NCBI GenBank assembly: GCA_032718475.1
Contig: JAUCBJ010001657.1
Coordinates: 1-42,267 of the forward strand
DNA length: 42,267 nt
Origin: Nemertoderma westbladi
Lineage: Eukaryota > Animalia > Xenacoelomorpha
Direction of reading: 5' to 3'
The notes beneath the pieces were generated by a model, which had not been told where the DNA came from, did no database searches, and worked only from the letters and a program-made list of their open reading frames with translations. The number at the start of each line of letters is the position of its first letter. The first letter of the stretch is position 1. A program made the position numbers and the translations under genes. Below, one piece after another: positions 35,103 to 42,267 of this stretch.

Positions 35103-35942
35103 GCCGCTGGGGATACTCGCAATCCCCCTATTACTCTCCGTCGCCGGGTGTTGCGGTTTACCTGATTCGGCCCGCGCATTATCCGCTGACGGCTGTGGGA
35201 CACTCTCTGCCCCCCCTCTCTCTCTACTAACTTCTCGCGGTGGGGTGTCCGTAGCCCCCCCCCACCCGCCACTTCTAACTTCACTATCTCTAACTCTCTA
35301 ACTCTACTACCTGGCACCCTATGTGCCTTCTCTACTACTCTACTCTATCTCTAACTCTCTAACTATACTACCTGGCACCCTATGTGCCCGTCTACTACTC
35401 TACTCTTTTTGTGCCCGGCACCTCTTGTGCCCGGCACCCACCCTAATTAACATACCTTGCTTTTACATCAAACACATCATCACGCCCGTGCCCCACTAAG
35501 TTCAGCGCATTCCCTACTAACTCTAACTACGTGGCGCTTACGGTGCCCACAACCCTCTACTGCTACTACTAACACCCCTAACTAGCGGTACTACGTACCC
35601 TCTTACTGCTCCTAACTCTCTCTACTAGCTAGCGGTACAACGTACCCTCTTACTACTCTAGCTCTCTCTACTAGCTAGCGGTACTACGTACCCTCTTACT
35701 CTTACTACTCTCTAGCCGGTACTTACGTACCCTCTAACTCTTACTCTCTAACCGGTACTTACGTACCCTCTAACTCTAACTAACTAGCGGTACTTACGTA
35801 CCCTCTAACTCTAACTCTAACTAACGGTACTACGTACCTACTAACTCTAACTCTAACTAGGTACCACGTACCTACTGACTCTCTAACTAACCCTAGGTAC
35901 TACGTACCTACTAACTCTAACTCTAACTAGCGGTACTACGTA

Positions 35943-36689
35943 TATATATATATATATTGTTTATTCACAATCGGTATAAGATATGTAAATAGATACAAAC
36001 ACCGCTCATCCCTTGGAGAACCAAAAGTCCAAATTGCACAGGCACAAGTGAAACTGAAACTATAGAGAGCACCTACAGAGTAGGCCTATTCGTGAAACAA
36101 TAAGTAAATGTCATTTATGAAATGCACAACTACAAGAGTACATATGAAAACAATAACTAAATGTCATTAATGAAATAGACAAGAAACTATAAATAAATAA
36201 GTCTGGGCAAACACTCTGAGTACGTATGAAAAAATAAACTATAAATAAATAAGTCTGGACAAAAACTCAGAGTACGTATGAAAACAATAAACTATAAATA
36301 AATAAGTCTGGACAAAAACTCAGAGTACGTATGAAAACAATAAACTATAAATAAATAAGTCTGGACAAAAACTCAGAGTACGTATGAAAAAATAACCTAT
36401 AAATAAATAAGTCTGGACAAAAACTCAGAGTACGTATGAAAACAATAAACTATAAATAAATAAGTCTGGACAAAAACTCAGAGTACGTATGAGAAAATAA
36501 ACTATAAATAAATAAGTCTGGACAAAAACTCAGAGTACGTATGAAAAAATAAACTATAGATAAATAAGTCAGGACAAAAACTCAGAGTACGTATGAAAAA
36601 ATAAACTATAAATAAATAAGTCTGGACAAAAACTCAGAGTACGTATGAAAACAATAAACTATAAATAAATAAGTCTGGACAAAAGTAGG
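35943..36689 (-). mobile_element. Probable 5'-truncated non-LTR retroposon (LINE/SINE 3' end) inserted in the BEL element
   Basis: The minus strand ends ...GAATAAACAA(TA)n. The insert is flanked by ACTACGTA at 35935-35942 and 36690-36697 (candidate TSD, though in a repetitive context). Confidence 0.5.
36184..36684. repeat. 52-53-bp minisatellite, ~9.5 copies
   Basis: Unit aaactataaataaataagtctggacaaaaactcagagtacgtatgaaaa(c)aat; the taagtc anchor recurs ten times from ~36198 to ~36670. Confidence 0.95.
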
Positions 36690-37082
36690 ACTACGTACCT
36701 ACTAACTCTCTAACTATCGGTACTACGTACCCTCTAACTCTAACTAACTATTGGTACTACGTACCCTCTAACTCTAACTCTAACTAGGTACTACGTACCT
36801 ACTAACTCTAACTCTAGGTACTACGTACCTACTAACTAACTAACTCTAGGTACTACGTACCTACTAACTAACTAACTCTAGGTACTACGTACCTACTAAC
36901 TAACTAACTCTAGGTACTACGTACCTACTAACTAACTAACTCTAGGTACTACGTACCTACTAACTAACTAACTATTATTTTTATTTTATTTTATTTTTAT
37001 TTGTATGGGAAGGGCGTTTCGCCCTCAATCCCACCCCCCTCAGTCCAAAACTTGGACGACTAAACTCCACACTAACTCCGCT

Positions 37083-38107
37083 CTAAGGTGCTCCTTCTAA
37101 GAGACAGCATTTACCTACCGCTCTCCTGTAGGTTTTTCTGTCCTTCGCACCTATCCTTCCACCTATCCGCACTTCTACCGATCGGACTCTTCCGTCCTCG
37201 TCGGAGTAGGTGCCTACAACTCTCGCCAACCGCCATTGGTTGTTGATGATAGTATCATCCGTGACGATTACGAGATCTCCCTCTCTCAACTCCCTGTTTG
37301 GCTTCCTCCACTTGCTTCGCTTATGGAGCGTGGGTAGGTATTCTTCTACCCACCTCCTCCAATACTCTGCGCTTATTGCTTTAGCGACTTTCCAACTTTG
37401 GCGGGAGTGTATGTCATCTGGGTCTACACCCCGCATATCGATGGTCGCTGGCCTTTCCATCAGAAAATGGCTAGGCGTCAACACGTCTAATGACTCAGGG
37501 TCATCATTCTCTGGATATAGCGGTCTGCTATTAATTATCCCCTCGCACTTCGCAAGTACTGTCCGTAAGACGTCCTCAGTGACCATGTGGGGTGGGTGTT
37601 CATTAACTTCGTCATTAGACGCTTTGAACTGCCCACCAATCTTTCGACGCATCCTAGTGTATGTGGTGCATACGGCGTCCGTCTCTCCCACTTTACTTGT
37701 CGTCTCCTCATGGCCGCCCTGACTTCTTCTCCCTCCAAAACGTCCAAGGCCTCTGCCATCTCATTCTCTGCGCCCACAAAGTTGGTGCCGTTATCGCTAT
37801 ATATCACTGCGATCGTCCCACCTTTGCGGTCCCTGAACCTTTCTAAGGCGTTAATGAACGCTGATGCGGTTGCATCTTGGGCGAGTTCTATCCCCACCGC
37901 CCGCGTATTGTTGCATACGAAGATAATGCCTTAACGTTTCTCCGTGTGTCGCATCACTTTGATCTTTATCGGCCCGAACATGTCCACACCGCAATGCGTA
38001 AATGGCGGGTCGTGCTGTCTTACCCTACTCGCCGGTAGTGGCGCCATCTCCTGTACGGCTCGTTCCTTCTTCGCTCGTCGGCAGGTCTGGCACTGCCCCA
38101 CTACCAC
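37083..38107 (-). pseudogene. pol: Disabled integrase (HHCC remainder, DDE core, BEL-type C-terminal domain)
   Basis: After the TAA at 38108-38110 the frame continues VVVGQCQTCRR...MAPLP...CGVDMFGP...EKR*GIIFVC (second TAA at 37931-37933), then SDNGTNF...VERLV. A frameshift near 37590-37610 leads into ...INSRPL...LTPSHFL...WRRWVEEYL...GDLVIV...WRLARV. Confidence 0.9.
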
Positions 38108-41100
38108 TTAAACCTTCTTCCTTAGTTGTTTGACCCAATAGGTCCTTCTTATCTCTGTGAGGGTTCGGTTGGTGCCCCCATGCAATATCGATTTATGGGA
38201 GTCCCATATAATCTGGTGGACTATAGGCGATCCTGTGGGAATGATGATGGGTTTCGGTGGCACGGCTATACTGTTGTTATATCCCACCCTAGAATTCATT
38301 ACTAGAATCCCATCCTCGTTGAGTTGTGGCGACAGCGTAATCAACTCGCTGTCCCGTCGGAGGTGCTGTTGGTTGCCGACACGTTCCACCTCGTCGCCGT
38401 AGTTCTTCCGTTGTTCATAGCGGATTACTGCCTTGGCCGCTCCTTCCAGATCTATGGTTGTCCTGGTCTTCTTGTCCTTGCCGACTCCCGCAAGGAAATT
38501 CCCAAAGGCTCTCCAGTACGCCACTAGTTTCTTGGTCTTATACCAACTAGAACTGTAGCTGAGGAGTTTATCCGTCGGGTTATCGCACAGTTCCCTTCCT
38601 GGTTGCACGTCCCTAATCTCCCTCACCATCTGGGAGTATATCTCTTCTCCCTCCGAATCTCCCTCTTCTCCTTCTGATACTACTTCCGAGCCCGGGTCCA
38701 CCTTTCTCATCGGCGGCCAGGCCTCCCTATCGCTCAGAAATTGTGGCCCATGTTGCCACAACACTTCCTTCTTCAGGAAAGTGTGGCGTTCCACGCCCCT
38801 CGACAGCAAGTCCGCTGGGTTCTCGTCTGTTGGGCAGTAGTGCCACCTTTCTAGTTCTGTGGTTGCTCTTATTTCGTCCACTCTATTTGCGACGAATATT
38901 GGGTATCTCGTCCTCTCGTTGTGTAGCCAACCAAGCACTACCATGGAGTCCGTCCAGTAGTGTGTCTCCACTATGTTGGGAATTGTATCCACTAGGTAGG
39001 CTGTGGCTCTAACTCCTAGTCTCGCAGCTGTCAATTCTAACTTGGGAACAGATGCTGAATCTGGCGGCGTTGACTTAGCTTTGCTAAAGGCTAGTCTGGG
39101 CTTGTGAGGCCCCTCTCGTTGTACTAAATAGAGTGCCGCTCCGTATGCCTCTAACGACGCGTCGGAGAACATATGTAAGCCCAGATTCGTCATGTTCCCG
39201 TCCGGGAAATACACTCGCGGCATGTTGTATGTTCCCATCCTCTCCAAGTCTCCTGTCCATTTGCTCCACTGTTTCTTGATGTCCTCTGGTACCTCTACAT
39301 CCCACTCATCCTTCAGTTTATATACTCTCTTGAGTATCTGTTTCCCCGTGACTAGTAGTGGGGATGCTAGGCCTAGGGGATCGTATATCCTTGCTATATA
39401 CGATACATAACCCCTCTTCGTATGGGTGTCTGCGCCCTCCTGGCTCAGCTGATACTTCAGTTCGTCTGTTTTCCTATCCCACACGATTCCCAAAGCCTTC
39501 TGCTGGGATTCCGTTCTCTTAATCGCCATGTCCTGTCCTTTGGCTGTTGTAGGGTTGTCCATGGTCGATTCTGGTTTCTTGTCTTCTATTTCCTTGATAA
39601 ATTCTTCTGAACTGGATTGGAATTTGGTCAGGTTGAAGCCGGATCCTTTCAGGATGTCGCGAACCTCGCGCCCTGTTTCCAGTATCTCCTCAACCGTATT
39701 TCCAGACTCCATACCGTCGTCTACGTAGAAGCCGACTGCTAGAAGTCTACTGCTATATCTATCTTCCTTCCCCTTTACCGTGTCTCTCACTGCCATAGTC
39801 GTCGTAAATGAGGACGACTTGGCCCCCATGTTTTGTACTACCATCTTATATGCCGGTATTATAGGCGGTTCTTCTTCGCCGTTATACCATAAGAAGCGTT
39901 GACTATCGCTATCTTCCTCTGTTACTCGGACTTGGTTGAACATGCCTTCTATGTCACACGTGAAGGCGTGTTTCCCATTCCTAAATCTAAGTAGTACTTC
40001 TATGCCCGAATTGTAAATATTTGGGCCTTCCAACAGGTAATCGTTTAAGCATTTTCCGTCGGTCTTTGCCGATGCATCGACTACCATCCTCAGTTTACCT
40101 TTCTTTGGGTCTAATGCTACGTGGAGTGGCAGGTAGTATGTCCTGTCAGTGTTCGGTTCGTCGACCGGTAACTCCACGGCCAATCCCTTCTCGACGTACT
40201 TCTTGATCGTTTTGTGAATGTACTCGTTCTTCTCGGGGCTCCGTTGTAGTGTTTGTTTCAGCTTGCGGAGTCTCGTGAGTACCATCCCTCTATTATCGGG
40301 TAGCGGTATCTTCGGTAGTTTCCATACCATTCCTATTGTATACCGCCCCTCATCACACGTCATCGATTCCTCCACACTTTGTAGAGCCTGCTTGTCTTCT
40401 ACCGAGGTCCCGACCCCTGTCTCTTTCAGTCCCTCGAAGTCTTGTCTGAGCAGTCTTTTAAGCTGCTCCTCTGCTCCCTCGTCACCTATTTCCTGCATTG
40501 TTCCCGCGAACATGCATCCTGATGTCTCCGACATCCTGAATGGTATCTTGCTCTTAATTGGACCACTCAACGTCCACCCGAATGGCGTTAATATGGCCAC
40601 CGGGTCGCTCTGCTTGTCTTCGCCGAAGACCGTTTGCATTCTCTCGTGGGCCGTTGGGCAGTCCATGCCTACTATGATGGATACCTTCCTAACGTCCACG
40701 TCTGGGATTGAGAAGTCAATGTTGTCCAGGAATTTGTATTGCTCGACCTCGATGTTGGTTGGCCGCCTGGCATTGATGTTAATTGACTCTATTACTTGGA
40801 TGGGGTCGATGGTTGCCCCATAATCGCATCCTGGTGCCACTGCTGCAATTGCGCACCGTCCTGTCCTCATCTCTAGGATCTCGTCTTTGCTAGAGATGGT
40901 TGTCACCACCATCCTGCTTGGCCTCGTTCTCAATCCTATTTCTTCGGCTACCCATTCCTCGACTAATGTGAAGGCAGCTCCACTATCAACCAGCATTAGT
41001 GTTGTTACTGATCGATTGCCTTCCCCGATCACTCGTACTGGTACTACTCCAAGTAGCACTGTTCCTCTCTTCTTCGCCCCTACTGTGCTCGTTGCCATCG

Positions 41101-42187
41101 TTTGGCCTTTCCTTTGGCCAAACTTGACCGGCTTCTCTTGGCATTCCCTGGCCTTGTGTCCACTCTTCACACATCGCGAGCAGATTTTATTGCTCGACGC
41201 GTAATCTATCTGGTCTTGCCTCGGTAGCGCCTGCCAGTACCTGCAGTTCATGGTTTTATGAAGCGCATTTGCGTGTAACTGGCATTTGCTCTTTGGGTCG
41301 TAGCCCTCTTTATACAATGCGTTGCGTATCGCAGTTATATTTGTACCAAAGTCCCTACTATTCTTATTGACTGGGTTTGGCCTACTGGACGTACTGGGGT
41401 TATGTTTATTCATGTTGTTATTGTTCCCCTGTCCGTCCCTTGATGTTGTCTTATCTTCGTTTGTCTGTGGACTTGCAGTCCCCTGCGTCGCTGCGTATGG
41501 CAATGATTGTCTGAGCCTCGGCAATGCGTTTGATGTATTGTGCTCTGGTTTGGGCCTGTAGTGATCTGTCTTTGGTCCCTTTCCCAGGCTATCTTCACTA
41601 TAGACTGGGTCCGTTATTAGTTCAGCCTCGTAATTTAAGAAGTTTGACATTTCTTCTAAACCTGGTTCCACACCCTTCTTGTCTCGGGTGGAGAAAGCGA
41701 TCTTCCTCCATTTGTTGCGCAGCCAGCTCGGTAGTGCCTGCGCTATCGTGGTGATGTTATTGGACGCGTTGAGCTCGTATGGCGCGTCTAGCGTCTTCAG
41801 CACGATCAGCGCGTTCTCGACTTTGTTAGCAAACGTCTTAATGCTAACGGGATTATCCTGTAGGCCACCCGATGTTATGCCTCTCAGCGTCTGCCTGATG
41901 ATCTTGGCCGGGTGCCCGTATTCCCTATCCAGTGCCCGCCATGCTGTCGCGAAGCCGTTCTCTATTCCTTGATATTGCCTCACGATGTCGTATGCTGGGC
42001 CTCCCGTGTACACTTGTAGATACTTTAGGCACTCCGCCTGCGTCAAGTTTTTTGTTAGTATCTCGTTACTATACATTCGCCGAAACTGTAAATATTCTTC
42101 CGGCCTGCTCCCATCGAATTTGAATGGTTCCACGGGTGGTAATTCGATCCTCGTTTTCAACGCATCGATCAACGTGGCCATCCCCAT
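38108..42187 (-). CDS. gag-pol: BEL/Pao Gag-Pol polyprotein: Gag (DUF1759-like), zinc knuckles, aspartic protease, RT, RNase H and integrase N-terminus; the frame stays open to the window end
   Basis: Gag FDG motif; CSRCVKSGHKAREC; protease LVDSGA; RT YLPLH, RMVVDAS, CDIEGMFNQV, YVDD; YDPLG; RNase H FSDAS, LELTAA, WTDS, NPAD; integrase HKSILHGG. There is no stop between 42187 and 42265. Confidence 0.95.
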   Translation of the reverse strand: MGMATLIDALKTRIELPPVEPFKFDGSRPEEYLQFRRMYSNEILTKNLTQAECLKYLQVYTGGPAYDIVRQYQGIENGFATAWRALDREYGHPAKIIRQTLRGITSGGLQDNPVSIKTFANKVENALIVLKTLDAPYELNASNNITTIAQALPSWLRNKWRKIAFSTRDKKGVEPGLEEMSNFLNYEAELITDPVYSEDSLGKGPKTDHYRPKPEHNTSNALPRLRQSLPYAATQGTASPQTNEDKTTSRDGQGNNNNMNKHNPSTSSRPNPVNKNSRDFGTNITAIRNALYKEGYDPKSKCQLHANALHKTMNCRYWQALPRQDQIDYASSNKICSRCVKSGHKARECQEKPVKFGQRKGQTMATSTVGAKKRGTVLLGVVPVRVIGEGNRSVTTLMLVDSGAAFTLVEEWVAEEIGLRTRPSRMVVTTISSKDEILEMRTGRCAIAAVAPGCDYGATIDPIQVIESININARRPTNIEVEQYKFLDNIDFSIPDVDVRKVSIIVGMDCPTAHERMQTVFGEDKQSDPVAILTPFGWTLSGPIKSKIPFRMSETSGCMFAGTMQEIGDEGAEEQLKRLLRQDFEGLKETGVGTSVEDKQALQSVEESMTCDEGRYTIGMVWKLPKIPLPDNRGMVLTRLRKLKQTLQRSPEKNEYIHKTIKKYVEKGLAVELPVDEPNTDRTYYLPLHVALDPKKGKLRMVVDASAKTDGKCLNDYLLEGPNIYNSGIEVLLRFRNGKHAFTCDIEGMFNQVRVTEEDSDSQRFLWYNGEEEPPIIPAYKMVVQNMGAKSSSFTTTMAVRDTVKGKEDRYSSRLLAVGFYVDDGMESGNTVEEILETGREVRDILKGSGFNLTKFQSSSEEFIKEIEDKKPESTMDNPTTAKGQDMAIKRTESQQKALGIVWDRKTDELKYQLSQEGADTHTKRGYVSYIARIYDPLGLASPLLVTGKQILKRVYKLKDEWDVEVPEDIKKQWSKWTGDLERMGTYNMPRVYFPDGNMTNLGLHMFSDASLEAYGAALYLVQREGPHKPRLAFSKAKSTPPDSASVPKLELTAARLGVRATAYLVDTIPNIVETHYWTDSMVVLGWLHNERTRYPIFVANRVDEIRATTELERWHYCPTDENPADLLSRGVERHTFLKKEVLWQHGPQFLSDREAWPPMRKVDPGSEVVSEGEEGDSEGEEIYSQMVREIRDVQPGRELCDNPTDKLLSYSSSWYKTKKLVAYWRAFGNFLAGVGKDKKTRTTIDLEGAAKAVIRYEQRKNYGDEVERVGNQQHLRRDSELITLSPQLNEDGILVMNSRVGYNNSIAVPPKPIIIPTGSPIVHQIIWDSHKSILHGGTNRTLTEIRRTYWVKQLRKKV

Positions 42188-42267
42188 TGCCTGCGCTTCT
42201 AATGGATTCGACGGGTGCTGTATAGTTTCCCCTGTCTGGTGCGGTTCGTCCGTCCTATTTCTTGATC

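Larger units (their letters stand above)
35270..36975. repeat. Low-complexity CTAA/CTAACT tract with repeated GGTAC-TAC-GTACC hairpins, split by an insertion
   Basis: About 20 GGTAC..GTACC units. A perfect 32-bp repeat (taggtactacgtacctactaactaactaactc) starts at 36815, 36847, 36879, 36911 and 36943. Confidence 0.9.
30304..42267 (-). mobile_element. BEL/Pao LTR retrotransposon (5' end outside the window)
   Basis: Single Gag-PR-RT-RNase H-IN polyprotein with BEL/Pao-type motifs, PPT plus LTR at the left end, and a terminal ...CGTCACA joined to the interrupted Helitron unit. Confidence 0.93.

Noticed and set aside
35270-36975. Interstitial telomeric repeat
   Set aside because: The words are TTAG/TTAGAG interleaved with GTAC hairpins, not TTAGG or TTAGGG arrays.
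32497-42123. Plus-strand ORFs of 60-201 aa over the BEL element
   Set aside because: They are antisense shadows of long, GC-balanced coding frames and have no motifs.

Overview
This looks like a gene-poor, transposon-dense stretch of a eukaryotic (probably invertebrate) genome; I see no host gene, RNA gene or CRISPR array. (1) 1-5.2 kb is the 5' part of a minus-strand retroelement-like unit: a Gag-like ORF of at least 580 codons broken by one in-frame TAA, behind a long repeat-rich leader. (2) 5.2-12.6 kb is AT-rich DNA with nested non-autonomous DNA transposons (piggyBac-like inside Harbinger-like; a Tc1/mariner-like MITE holding a smaller MITE). (3) 12.6-30.3 kb is a 17.7-kb head-to-tail array of nine non-autonomous Helitron-like units (minus strand, 5'-TC...hairpin-CTAG-3'). 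Each unit carries 146-bp tandem repeats, and most monomers contain a CTCF-like motif. (4) 30.3 kb to the end is a minus-strand BEL/Pao LTR retrotransposon inserted into unit 9. Its Gag-PR-RT-RNase H frame is intact and its integrase is disabled. Its unusual ~6.2-kb 3' region holds two extra zinc-knuckle ORFs (one is a diverged copy of its own nucleocapsid), a double-hairpin/polypurine cassette present three times, and a duplicated 3' LTR. All calls were made by eye with no database search.
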